Assembly: GCF_004010195.1 (NCBI RefSeq)
Contig: NC_057718.1
Location: 39,949,910-39,993,192 of the forward strand
DNA from: Chiloscyllium plagiosum
Taxonomy: Eukaryota
Length of the DNA: 43,283 nucleotides
Direction of reading: 5' to 3'
This document shows, one piece after another, positions 10,790-22,568 of this stretch. Under the pieces are notes generated by a model. It did not search any database, was not told the origin of the DNA, and worked only from the letters and a program-made list of their open reading frames with translations. Positions within the stretch are counted from its first letter, which is position 1. The number at the start of each line of letters is the position of its first letter. Both the position numbers and the translations under genes were made by a program.

Positions 10790-11430
10790 ACCACAATATG
10801 AGTTTCCGTCTCCATCACCTCTCTATCCCCAAAACTACATTCTTCTACTGTCACACCATTGCCTGGTTCTACCCCGTATCTGCTGCTGAAATGACTTACC
10901 TGTGGACTCAACTATTCCTATGCTTTCCTAGTCAGTCTCATTCTTTTCCCTCCATGAAATGAAATTTGTCCAAACCTCCACATCTTAATCAACATGAATG
11001 CCCTATTTACCCAGCACTGACTCACATGGACACTCTATCCACCAGAGTCTCAAACATCACATTTTCATCTTGTTGTCAACTACAAGACCATAACCTCGGG
11101 AAAAGTTTTCCTAAATCAATCATTCTTGCTCTCCAACACTCCCTTGCTTTCTCTGCAGCCCATTTAGGAGAAAGTGAGGACTGCAGATGCTGGGGATCAG
11201 AGTCGAGAGTGTGGTGCTGGAAAAGCACAGCAGGTCAGGCAGCATCCGAGGAGCAGGAGAATCGACGTTTCGGACATAACCCATTCATCAGCCCATTTAG
11301 GATACTATTTCTTTTAATAACCCTCCATAAACCCTTCTTTGGCATGATGCAAACTTTTACTGGTATTATTCTCCTGTGCAACACCTGGAAGTCTTTATAG
11401 AATGTATTAAAATGCATGTTGTTGTTGTCA
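10790..11430 (+). mobile_element. Highly decayed L2-type LINE 3' fragment, interrupted by a pLTR insertion
   Basis: Degenerate similarity to L2 ORF2 C-terminal DNA (tctgctgctgaaa, actattcctatgct) and an L2-like tail ctcctgtg...aaatgcatgttgttgttg. Recognised by eye. Confidence 0.5.
11170..11288 (-). mobile_element. Short Penelope pLTR insertion, family A2, with 14-bp TSD
   Basis: gaaagtgaggactgcagatgctgg...atcgacgtttcgg...ttcatcag, flanked by cagcccatttagga at 11156-11169 and 11289-11302. The hammerhead core is present but stem II is degraded. Confidence 0.85.
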
Positions 11431-11834
11431 GTATCTTGGTTTGTCCACAGAACATTTGCATGTTACTACTGTAACCTGAAAGCAATTGCTATACCAGAGT
11501 AATGGTAGACTGCACATTATAGACACAGACCATGAAAACTTGGTAATTCCAGAAATGGCAGGAATATAGTATGCAAAAGTTTAAGTTAATTATTCAAATC
11601 CACTGAGATTAGACATGAAATGATTGCTAACATCAAAAGATGGATAATAGCAGCAGGCATAGAACATTCTGCTCCTCAAGCCTGCTGTGCCCCTCCTTGT
11701 TATCATTACTAATGTCCTGCCTTCCTAAACTTGCTCTTTGAAGTTCAGTTTGGGTTCTGCTTGGGCCAACAGCTCCAGATCGCAGTACCACTTTTTTTTC
11801 AAACATTGACAAAAGAATTGAATCAACATGGGAA

Positions 11835-12980
11835 GTGAATATGGGGTCAAGAGGTCCTGGCAAAACTCAAATTCAAAAGGCATCAGAGGGAAACACTCTT
11901 TATAGGCCCCTATTAGCACAGAGGAAGATGGATATGGTAGTTAAGATCAGCTATCTTAGTTCCAAGATATCACTGCAGGAGTTCCTCAGGTTGGGTCATA
12001 GTCCGTCATTTTCAGTTGCTTCATCAATGACTTCCCTGCCAAAAAAAGGCAGAAGTCAGGATATTAATGATTGCAGTGTTCAGTACTAACCATAACCCCT
12101 CAGATATTTAAGCCGTCTGTGTTCATTTCCAGCTTGACCATGACAACATTAGGACTAGTGTTGTTAAGTGATGTTTGCTGTCATAAGTACCAGCAATGAC
12201 CATTTCCATTAATAGAGCATCTAACCATTCAACAATATTATAATTACTAAATCCTCTACCATCAACATCCTGGGTATTACCATTGTTCACAAATGCAAAT
12301 AGACCAGCCACATAAACTCTATGGATACAAAAAAAGGATAGAGACTGGGAAATCTAAATTGAGTAAATCCCTTCATTCCCCAAAGTCTGTCCATCATCTG
12401 AAAGGCACAAATGAGGAGTGTGATAGAATACTGCCCGCTTGCCTGGATACATACAGGAGCTAGGGCTTGAAAAGCTTGCGGTTTCAAATAAACCTGTTGG
12501 ACTATAACCCAGTTTCGTGTGATTTTTGACTTTGTCAACATTCAAGAAATTCAATAGAATTCAAGGCAGGGCAGCTTGCTTGGTTGACAGCATCGGTCAC
12601 TTTAAGTATTCCCTGTCTTCACAGCAATATGTATAAGATTGACTGCAATAACTCACAAAAGCACTTTCAAAAGCAGATTTCAAATCCTCGCCCTAGAAAG
12701 ATGAGGGCAGCAGACACATGGGAAGACCACCACTTGGAACTGTCTGTCAAGTCACTAACCATCTGGACTTTGAATTCTACTGTCATTTGTAAACTGTCAT
12801 TGGGTCAAGATCTTGGAACTCTCTCCCTAACAGCTGCCTGGATGTACCTACACCACATGAATGACAGACATTCAAAAAGGCAGCTCACTAACACCTTTGC
12901 AAAAGAAATCAGTACAGGGTAATGTAAATAAATGCCGTACTTGCCTAAGATTTTTACATGTTTTGATAGACATAAAGAAA
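11835..12980 (+). mobile_element. Decayed CR1-group (Crack/L2-like) LINE RT-to-3' fragment, same family as 9400-10520
   Basis: AGVPQ (11975) and CFINDF (12017). It shares gcaatgaccat, atcaacatcctggg, ccccaaagtctgtccatcatct and aaggcagctc with the 9860-10500 segment. Confidence 0.7.
12455..12536 (+). mobile_element. Short Penelope pLTR fragment, family B variant, degraded
   Basis: aaataaacctgttggactataac...gtgtgatttttgactttgt matches 1088-1137 and interrupts the host LINE. Confidence 0.75.
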
Positions 12981-13077
12981 ATTGACTAAAAGTTGTAGGG
13001 GTTTTAAAATATAAATATTTATTAATGAAGCTTCAGATATTAAGACTCCATTTGCTTCCAGTTAGAAATGATTGATG

Positions 13078-15477
13078 GGTTTTTGCATCAGTATTTACTG
13101 TGGAGAAGGATATAGAAGCTGGACAACTTGGGGAAATAATGAGTGATATCTTGGAAAGTATCCATATTGCAGAAGAAGAAGTGGTCACTGTCTTACAAAA
13201 CCTAAAGGTGGATAAATCCCCGACACCTGATCATGTGTATCCCAGAATTTGTTGGAAGCTGGAGAGGAAATTGCTGGGCCCCTTGCTGAGATATTTGTAT
13301 CATCAATAGCTACAGGTGAGGTGCTGGAAGCCTGGAGGTTGGCTAATGTGTTGCCAATATTTAAGAAAGGTTGTAAGAAAAACTAAGGAACTATAGACTG
13401 GAAAGCCTGATGTCGGTGGTGGGTAAATTGTTGGAGGGGATTCCAAGGGATAGGATTTACATGCATTTGAAAAGGAAGGGCTGATTAAGCAAAGTCAACA
13501 TATCTTTGTGCATGGGAAATCATATCTCACTAACTTGACTGAATTGTTTGAAGAAGTGACAAAGAAGATTGTTAAAGGCACAGTGGTAGACACTGTCTAT
13601 GTGGACTTCAGTAACGTATTTGTCAAGATTCCACAGAGTAGACTGATTAGCAGGTTAGATCATATGGAATTCGGGGGAGCTAGTCAATTGAATACAAAAT
13701 TGGCTTGAAGGTGGGAGACAGAAAGTGACAGCGCACAGATGTTTTTTGGTCTGGAAGCTTGTGCTGCAAGAATCAGTGCTCAGACTGTACCTTTTCATCA
13801 TTGATATAAATGATTTGGATGTGAATAGGAGAAATGGTTAGTAAGTTTGCAGATGACACCAAAATTGATGGTATATTGGACAGTGAAGATGGTTATCTCA
13901 GAGTACAATGGGATATAGGTCAGATGGGCCAATGGGCCGAGGAATGGCAGGTGGAGTTTAATTTGGATAAATGTGAGGCATTGCATTTTGGTGAGGCAAA
14001 TCAGGACAGGACTTCTACACTTAATGATAGGGCTCTGAGGATGTGTTGCTAAACAAAGGGACCTAAGGGTGCAGGTACGTGGTTCCCTGAACGTGGAGTC
14101 GTGGGTGGCTGTGGTGAAGAAGACGTTTGGTACACTTGCCTTTATTGGCGAGTGCATTGAGAATGGAAGTAGGGATGTCATGTTGCAGCTGTACAGGACA
14201 TGGGTTAGACCACTTTTAGAATACTGCACACAAGTTTGGTCTCCCTGTCATAGGAAAGATAGAAAAGAATAGAAAGCAACTTATTGTCCCGTGTATTTTT
14301 ACAAAAAAAGTGAAACGTTTTATACATTGTCATACCATTGTGCCTAAATTAATGACAGAAGTCGTAAATAAGGAGAAAAAAATGTAAAAGTTTGTTATAA
14401 TTCAATTAACATCTCCTGGGTTTAGGTTAAGCTGGAAAACTGGGCTGAAAGTGCCACACAGGGCTAGGGTGAGACAGGACCTGCAGGCTGGGACTCAACC
14501 TCCATGCTTGGTCATTGGAAAAGCTGCCTCTGAAGTAAAGCAGAGACCTTCATGCCAAGATGAGACCTCCATGCCAGAATGAGGCCTTCACCAGGGCTGC
14601 TCCGTTGGAATGCCTGGAAGCTGCTGAGGACGACCTCCACGACGGATGAGACCTCCGTGCCAGGACAAGAATGCCACTCCAGGTGGACAGCTTTCCCTCC
14701 TGGACAAGGCCACCACACTGGGAGACCGCTGCACCAGGAGACCGTCCCACCAGGCACCAGGCTTATACCACCATTCTGGGGCATTGGAAGCCACCTCATC
14801 ACTGGGCCTGGGTTGGGAGAAGACGTTTTCCATGAAAGTCATTAAAAGGTAACATAATAAATAGAAACATTAAAATAATGCATAGAAAGAAGAAAAAAGT
14901 AAAGCAGATGGAATAGATGAGCTCCTGGGCTGAAGAGTCCACACGTTGCGATGCTACTCCGCCACCACCTTGATTAAAAAAAAGTTGTAAAACTTGAATG
15001 AGTTCAGAAAAGATTTACAAACCTGTTGCTGGGATTGGAGGGGTTAGAGCTATAGGGAAAAGCTAAATAGGTTGAGACTTTCTTCTCTGAGGTGTTGGAG
15101 CCTGAGGGGTGACCTTATAAAGGTTTATAAATTCCTGAGGAGCATGGATAGAGAAAATAGACAAGGTATTTTCCCCAGGGTAGGGGAATCCAAAACTAGA
15201 CAGCATAGGTTTAGGGTGAGAGAGGAAATATTTAAAAGGGACCTAAGGGGCAACTTTTTCATGCAGAGGATGATGCGTGTATGGAATGAGCTGCCAGAGG
15301 AAGTGGTGGAGGCCGGTATAAGTACAACATTTAAAAGGCATTTGGATGGGTATATGAATAGGAAGGGATAATGACCAAATGCTGACAAATGTGACTTGAT
15401 CAGCTTAGGATAACTGGTTGGCATGGACAAAGTGGACTGATGGTTTGTTTTCATGCTGTATATCTCTACGACTCTTT
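13078..15477 (+). mobile_element. 5'-truncated CR1/HER1-type LINE split by a ~720-bp insertion
   Basis: Motifs KVDKSPTPDHVYPR, VDTVYVDFS, SKFADDTKI, VRPLLEYC and VWNELPEEVVEAG. The host sequence aggaaagat|gttgtaaaacttga rejoins across 14261-14983. Confidence 0.9.
14261..14983 (-). mobile_element. Unclassified non-autonomous element with internal degenerate ~19-bp repeats and a tacacgggacaataa 3' tail
   Basis: It cleanly interrupts the CR1. Internal units read gagacc(t/c)(t/c)catgcca..at around 14543-14585 and 14648. The tail motif is shared with 26355-26417 and 33375-33432. Confidence 0.6.
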
Positions 15478-16387
15478 GTGACAGGCACCTGCTGGCATTT
15501 TAATCTGGAGATTGTGTTAGTAAAAGAGAAAGTACAACTTTCCCAGTGTTAGCTAAAAAAAAGTTTAAAAAAACTTGGAAATTAAGGCTTTGTTAAAGAA
15601 TGTTACCTGTTAAAAATGTAAATATGTGCCTTCTCCTGATCATCCATATCTCAGCGAAAAGGACACTGTAAATAAGATATGATGACATTGACATTGCTAG
15701 TCGGAGATGGTGAATGATGACTGTGAGTGAAAGGCCATTAGGAATCCTAAGCAAAACAAAAAGCTCAGCTGGCTGAGAAGAGAGAAAACAGAGTCCAGTG
15801 AACCGTGCACCTTCTCAGCCCCACTGTCACACTTTGCAGCAGGTTTGGCAGAGCCTGCCACACTGGAATGGGGCTCCTGAACCATCCCAGAATGTACAAC
15901 CATGGCACAAAAACCATCGTCTTTTCAAATGGAACATTGCCACAGATGTTGCTGCTGTATTAATTGCAAGTCAGCCTGAGCCTGTGTGTGTTTTAATCAA
16001 TTCATACATTTTTTTCTTTATCTTCTGCCTGTGGCACTCGATTTAAATCAGCTGTTTGCTTTGAATGTTTTTGACAGTGGATGTGATTTATCAGATCAAG
16101 TTCATTAGCATGAGTCTATCAGGCCGGTGGAATAAGTGTTCCGTGATGGAAAGCCACTTAGCAGACACCCTTATTTAGAGTAAAACAATGGCTTATTATA
16201 GCTCTCCTGCTCTGATATACCAGTTAGGAAATTATAAGTCAGTTCCATTGGGGTAGCAGTTAGAATGTGGAGTAAATACAGCAGAAGTTGCAGAGGAAAT
16301 TGCAAGTCAGAAATGTCAATTTTTTATTGAAAGGAACAGAGTGGGCATCATTAAAGTATAATGTTGGGACTCGGAGGACAAGGATGA

Positions 16388-16510
16388 CATAAGACCGTAA
16401 GATGTAGGAAGACAAGTAGGCCATTCAGCCCATCAGGATGCTCTTCTATTCAATATGATCATGACTGATCTGATCATCCTCAAATCCACTTTCCTGCCTT
16501 TTCCTTATAA
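16388..16510 (-). mobile_element. CR1 3' tail fragment (cataaga-tailed subfamily)
   Basis: cataagaccgtaagatgtagg...ggccattcagcccatc...gatcatgactgatct, similar to 26417-26520 and 31149-31230. Confidence 0.7.
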
Positions 16511-16514
16511 TCAA

Positions 16515-16950
16515 TTGTAGACAAAGTTCAGTATACTAGAGAGGAGGGAGGGTGGAAATGGGCTGTTGGTTCTGAGGTTGAAAGGAACAAGAAGGTTCTC
16601 AGGATGAGGGCTGTGCATGGGGAAGCGGGTTACCTTCAGACCAGGAAGAGGCCGTTGCTGATGGTGTCCTTCAGGTATGTACAGTGAGTAGTATGGCTTT
16701 GTGCCAGTGAGGGGTAACACTGGATGGTCAAAACTTGGTCAGGTAAATAGCAGCCTTTTAAAAATGCTGCTAGGGACACCAACCTTTTGATGGATATCCG
16801 TTGAGCTGTGACTTGTTCTGGGAGCAGTGTGTGGTAAGCTGGGGATAGAGTCAGGTGCAACAGACACCCCAGGGATGGGATAGTTTGTTAATGAGCCCAG
16901 TTTTGAAAGGTATATCTAGAGATCCCACTAGGCGTCTCAGTGCGAACTCC
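16515..16950 (-). mobile_element. Possible highly decayed L2-type APE endonuclease fragment
   Basis: The minus peptide YSLYIP...ENLLVPFNLRTNS...SLLSSILN loosely resembles the L2 'lYRPP...llilGDFNlhln' region. Weak. Confidence 0.3.
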
Positions 16951-17984
16951 TCAGCAAAATTCGATGCAACTGACACTGAGCCAAAGAAATGTAAGCTTCA
17001 GCCCTCGCAGACTTGATGTGCTAAATGGCCTCTTTTTGCATGGTAGGGATTTGGTGATTTTGTGGAGAAAAGAGCCGAATTAAGGGGGTGAGGTGAGAAA
17101 GTTTGTCCTTGATATGAAGGCAGTAGTTGGCATCAAGGAAAGCTCACCAAAGTCGAAGGTGACAGTCTTGGCTTCATATTTAAAAATTTAAAAAAATAGT
17201 AATTTTCACTAGGATATTGGAAGTACACGTTGATGAAAAAATCATCTTAAGAGATCATACTGAATGCCTAAATATCAAGTGAGACTAATGAGTTTATTAT
17301 TAATAATTTTATATTATTAATATTATTAATAATTTGACATGATACATAAGAGGGGTCATTGGTCTGAGATTCAAAAGACTATGGTTTCAAGCCCATTCCA
17401 GAGATTAGGCTGACATTTGATGTGACCTGAGTGTCAGTTAATCTGTAATCTTTTGCATAAGTGTAAAGTATACGGCTGGCTTTGCACACATAACTAGACG
17501 GATCACTAACTGAATTAAGCACAATGGGGAGCCTCTACTTTTGTTAATTGCGTCTGCTTACAGGACTTAGAGGAGGCTTAAAAATATTTTTTATTAGCTG
17601 CAAAAGGACACAAGTGGTGCATTTTGAAAGCTTCTTTTTATTTAAATTAAGTACAGTACATCAATGTAAATAGATCTGTGTAGTTTTTCTAAAGTCATTT
17701 CCAGTTAATTAAATCACATTACTTACAGACAGTGGGCTGGGCACTGATTAAAACACTTGTTTTTTCGTGATAAATCTATTTCCAGAAGTACTAATTAAAC
17801 TGTACCAAATTACCACACTTTCACTTATCATGGAATGCTTCGCAAGCTGTTGGCCATTTGCATTAGCTCACAGAAACTTTCATGTTTGGTGAAATGCAAA
17901 TGTGGACAAGTGGAAAGTTCAGCAACAACAAACTTCTTAAAATTGTCATAACTTTGAGTGCAAATTGAGGCTGGAAAGCCAGTT

Positions 17985-18160
17985 ACACCCAAACATTTGA
18001 TACAGATTATCTGTTCATTAACTTCACATATATTTGTTGAAGCCTGCTGTACACAAACTGGTTGCGGTCTTGCAAGCATTACAGTGGCTATAGTCATTGA
18101 GTAGAAATCCCTTTGTGGCATTTTTGAAGTTGTGAATGGTTCTTTATAAATGATTCTTTA
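17985..18160 (+). mobile_element. Decayed DeuSINE (SacSINE1/AmnSINE-like) central-to-3' fragment
   Basis: acagattatctgttcatt...gctgtacacaaactggttgc...cattacagtggcta...gtgaatggttctttataaatg resembles the recalled Deu domain plus an L2-like tail. Matched by eye. Confidence 0.45.
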
Positions 18161-20250
18161 CATTGTTGTGTGAAGTGACAAATATGTTATTCTTTTCTAC
18201 ACTGAAACTTAAAACAATTCTGTAGCTTCTAACATGATATTTCATAATATACTTATGGGTTACAGAGGAAATCACTCCAGAAATTGCATTTATTTACTGT
18301 TTTTATCATAATTGATTAATATATCCCACAGTAATAATAAATCAATATAATATTCATGTATTATATTGCCAATGCAGTATTATAAATAATTTAACTCTGA
18401 ATACTTGTATTTGCTCTAGTTTATATAGCAAGCTGTTAAGGGGCTGCAATGAAAATACCTTCTAGCAGCATAGTTCTTGTAATATGATGTTGTACCTTAC
18501 AAGTCAATTGTCATATCCAGCATTAATCCCCTTTATGCTTTACCACAAGGCCTCCACCTGACAAAGTAGCTGAGAATGCTGTTGCACAATGATAAGAAAT
18601 ATTTGAGGTCATGTTTTCTTGAAGAAGCATTTCCTCAGAGTTCATTCGTGGATGTAATTCACTGCCAAATATTTGACAAAATAACTGAGAAAACCGAACC
18701 TATATTTAAGTCACATGAATGAAAACAATCTTTAGGTTGATTGCAAAATTCCGAGTGGTAAATACTGGAGATAAGATTGTTTTCAATAGGTATATAACTG
18801 CATACATTTTGTGTTAGTATGTTAACTCTTAAACATGGCCTGTGTACATTTAAGTTTTAAATTGTTCCCAAGCAAATTATTTGGTTTTGGCTTGGAGTGC
18901 TGGGGGACAAATTTACATTTCATGAAACAGATTGAAAAACGTAATCTTTTGCAAAAATGTTCTCTATTCCCAGAACCATGTTTAAATGAATATTGCTTTA
19001 TTAGCTCTGATTTTCAGTTGCAAGGTTTCTATATTTGACATTTCGATGTAACATCCTGCATTATTCCATCATGTACGTCCTATAGAAATGACAGAACAGG
19101 AAAATCAAGTTATTTGGCATTGAGCATGCTACAGTATCACCAGGAAAATATTTTTAACCTGCAGCTTGCCAGTATTTGGCTATCAACTTTCTGAAATGGA
19201 AATGGCCGTTTCTGTTCTGTATTTCAATCGTTTCTTTCATTTCTTTTAAACTTTAAAATAGATTCAATTAAAACTTCCTTAGTGGCATTAAATTTATTAA
19301 CCAGTGAACCACTGCTAAATAATGTGAGCAATTTGGTTAATTATCTTAACCATTGAGAAATTGTCATTGACCCTCAATAAATAATGCAAATCAGATAACT
19401 CAGGCATTGCAAAGTTTTTGCATCTATCAGCTTAACAAAAAAAAGTGATTTTAATTTCATCATGAAAGTTAATAGAACATAAATATTTGTCAAACACGCT
19501 TTTTATAATAAAAGGGCAGGTGAAAAATCTAGAAAAAGTAAGATTGCGCGCAAGTATTTTTGTAAACTTGCAGTGCGGGAAATATTATTTTCAATTTGTA
19601 TAGTATTTGTCTTTTGTTACTTCTTAATTGCTTGGGGCTCAAACTGCATTTGAATGAAAGTACAGGAGTGTGACTTCCTTTCAGAATATCAGAGTCACTT
19701 TGAATTGGCTCCTAAAAGATGCAGCAGCTATAGACAAGAAAAGCACTACCCTTCAGACATTGTTTTCCTTTTGGCCCTATTATAATTGCATGACGTCTTG
19801 CCAAACTTTGGTTAAAGGTATAATTTATGAATGATTTTTAAAAAATCAAAAGTAACTGCAAATGTTTGAAATCCAAAACAGAAAATTTTCATTCTGGGCA
19901 ATTGTGTTTGCATCTCTAAAGGGAAGTATAATTCAATGATTCGGGGTGATTTTTCATCAGAATTCAGGTAATTGCAATGAGAGTAAGTGAGATGGCACTC
20001 CATAGAGTATATACCTCCATCCCACTCTATCTGTCTACATTATTACAATAATAGAAGTTTTCCTTGAGGCTTTTCTCTGCCTGGTTGATGCACAGTAACT
20101 ACAAAGCTGATTAAGACCTTTCAATCACTGAGAGGTCTTCAGGCCAATCCATAACCAACAACCTACTCATAAAGCTCTAATCACATCAAAGATAGCTCCT
20201 ACAACAGACAATCCACAACATTCAAACGTAATTATTATCATTCTCAACGG

Positions 20251-20690
20251 TGTTATGGACCAGATGAAAGCCCTCAAAACATGTCAAGGAGATAGCCGAG
20301 AACCTAATGTTTTCTTATTTTAAAGACAAGTGCCAGGCATTGTGAGCCCGGATGCAATTCGATTGGTCAAACTGTCAGGCTTGAAGCAAAACATCCTTTA
20401 TTCATACACTATATTTAAATACAGACAAAATAGGAGAAAAAATTTGGCTTAACCATAACTCTAATGAAATACTTAAAGTTATAAGGTACTCATTAACTAT
20501 TCAAATATTGTAAAATCCCATAATCACACCTTTGGCAAAGGCAAGTGCAGTAGCATAGATTGTCTCACATGGAATTTTAGCAGCAGGAAGAAAACTCAAG
20601 CTTTTAGCTGTAGCAAACAGAGAAAGATATAGCAGCTTTCACAACTCCAGCAGCTAAATTCTAAAAGAGAAACTAAATTCTGTTTTCCTT
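20251..20690. mobile_element. Probable partial solo LTR
   Basis: It begins TGTTATGG and has a CCAAT-like attgg and a tttatt (minus-strand polyA signal). It resembles recalled shark LTR repeats. No matching CA end or TSD was found. Confidence 0.35.
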
Positions 20691-20994
20691 CCAATGTTTT
20701 CAAATCTTAAAACAAGATCCAGGACCCGAATCTCATTCTTTGTCTTTGTAAATAAAAGCTAATTACTTGTTCCGTCAATTGTTCTCTATCAGTGTACCAA
20801 GTGCCATTGAAATTTATCCATTAGTGTTTGAGATTTGTTGCTTACAGACAATTGTGACAGTAAACAGGGATGAAAACATTACCAATCCCTACCTTTACGC
20901 TTTCTCTCTCTTGAATTTAGTTATTTCCAGTTAGTCAATCTAAGAACACTCAACTTCTACCTAAAAGACAATATGATGAAAATATGAGAGAGAA

Positions 20995-21118
20995 AAGTAA
21001 ATGCAGAGATATAAGGGGATATAAGGAATAAAACTACGTAATATGTTGTTTTGAAGGACAATGCAGACTAGAATGGCCAGATGACCTTTCTCTGTTTTGT
21101 ATTTTTTGATGACTTTGT
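20995..21118 (+). mobile_element. Decayed CR1 3' tail
   Basis: gcagactagaatggccagatgaccttttctctgttttgtatt resembles the CR1 3'UTR stem-loop region of other copies. Confidence 0.45.
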
Positions 21119-21550
21119 AAGCTGACTTTTAATGTTTTGACCCACTCACAAATGGGAGGTTGGCAACACATTGAGAAAATTGGAGGTTTGATCAGTGATT
21201 TGTCAAGGGCTTTTTAAGTCAGCTAAAGGAACAGCACCCACTTCCTGTTGTCTCAACCTTGTGGAATTGTGTTCAAATAATGTATAAAATTGGTGAGTGG
21301 TGAAAATAGCCTCTTTATTCAACAAAAGCAGTACCACAAGTTTGAGGCAACAATAGAATCCTGAAATACAGTTCTTACAATGGCCTCTTTATACACAGTT
21401 AACAATCACACAACACCAGGTTATAGTGCAACAGGTTTATTTGGAAGCACTAGCTTCATCAGGTGGTTGTGAAGCAGAATGATAAGTCACAGAATTTATA
21501 GCAACAGGATTGCAGTGTCATGGAATGCAATATTAACCAAAGTTAGCTTA

Positions 21551-22041
21551 AACTGGAGCGTGTCTAGTGGAAATTCACACAGATGATCCCTGGAATAGTA
21601 GGCCTAACATACGATGAACAGCTGAGGATTGTATTCATTAGCATTTAGAAGGTTGAGGGGAGATCTAATAGAAACTTACAAGATAATACATAGCTTAGAA
21701 AGGGTGGACGCTGTGAAGTTGTTTCCGTTAGGCAGGGAGACTAGGACCCGTGAGCACTGCCTTAGAATTAGAGGGGGTCAATTTTGAAAGGAAATGAGGA
21801 GACATTTCTTCAGCCAGAGAGTGGTGGGCCTGTGGAATTCACTGCCACGAAGCGCAGTGGAAGCTGGGACATTAAATGTCTTCAAGGCAGAGATTGATAA
21901 ATTCTTGATCTTGCAAGGAAATAAGGGCTATGGGGACAGTGTGGATAAATAGAGTTGAAATGCCCATCAGCCATGATTAAAGGGCAGAGTGGACTCAAAG
22001 GGCCAAATGGCCTTACTTCCACTCCTATGTCTTATGGTCTT
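21551..22041 (+). mobile_element. CR1 3' fragment inserted into the Penelope element
   Basis: tttagaaggttgaggggagatctaatagaaacttacaag (FRRLRGDLIETYK), ttcttcagccagagagtggtgggcctgtggaattcactgcca, and tail ctcctatgtcttatggtctt. Confidence 0.9.
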
Positions 22042-22298
22042 AATTATCAAATCTTTCATCTTTTATAATAATGATATTAGTTTTGTTTCCTTCATATGTA
22101 AATCCCAAGATAGCTTTAACAATAGGTGCCATGTCATCTCAGATAATGCATTGAAGGTGTGATGTTAAAGTTTGTCTGTGTCCCAATGTTGGGTCAGACT
22201 GATTCTATTTCTAAAATACACAATCTCACATGGATTTATGTAGTTTTGAGCAAAATAAAATGTAATTCTGCAAGTACAAATTCACCCCACAATCTTAC

Positions 22299-22560
22299 AT
22301 GTGTATGCGTGCAGTGAGTGTGTGCATGTGGGTGCCTGTGTGTGTGGGAGCGTGAGTGTCTGTGAGAGAGTGTGTGTATGTGTATGTTTGTGAGTGTAGT
22401 GGGGTATAAGTCTGTGAGGGGGTGTGTGTCTGGGTGCGAGTGTGGAGTGTGTCTGTGTGAATGTATGAGAGAGAGCTTGTGTATGACAGAGGGTCCTCAT
22501 GAATGTATGGGTCTGTAGGAATGTGTGTGTGTGTGTGTGTATATGAGGGAGTGTATAGTG
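22299..22560. repeat. Degenerate (TG)n/(TGAG)n microsatellite within the Penelope 3' region
   Basis: TG-rich run with a pure (tg)9 stretch near 22523-22541. Confidence 0.9.
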
Positions 22561-22568
22561 CAGTGGGG

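Noticed and set aside
14512..14852. Five overlapping ORFs
   Set aside because: GC-rich degenerate repeats are stop-poor, and no protein motif is recognisable.
17350..17430. Possible DeuSINE tRNA-like head
   Set aside because: Too short and degenerate to support beyond a box-B-like gtttcaagccc.
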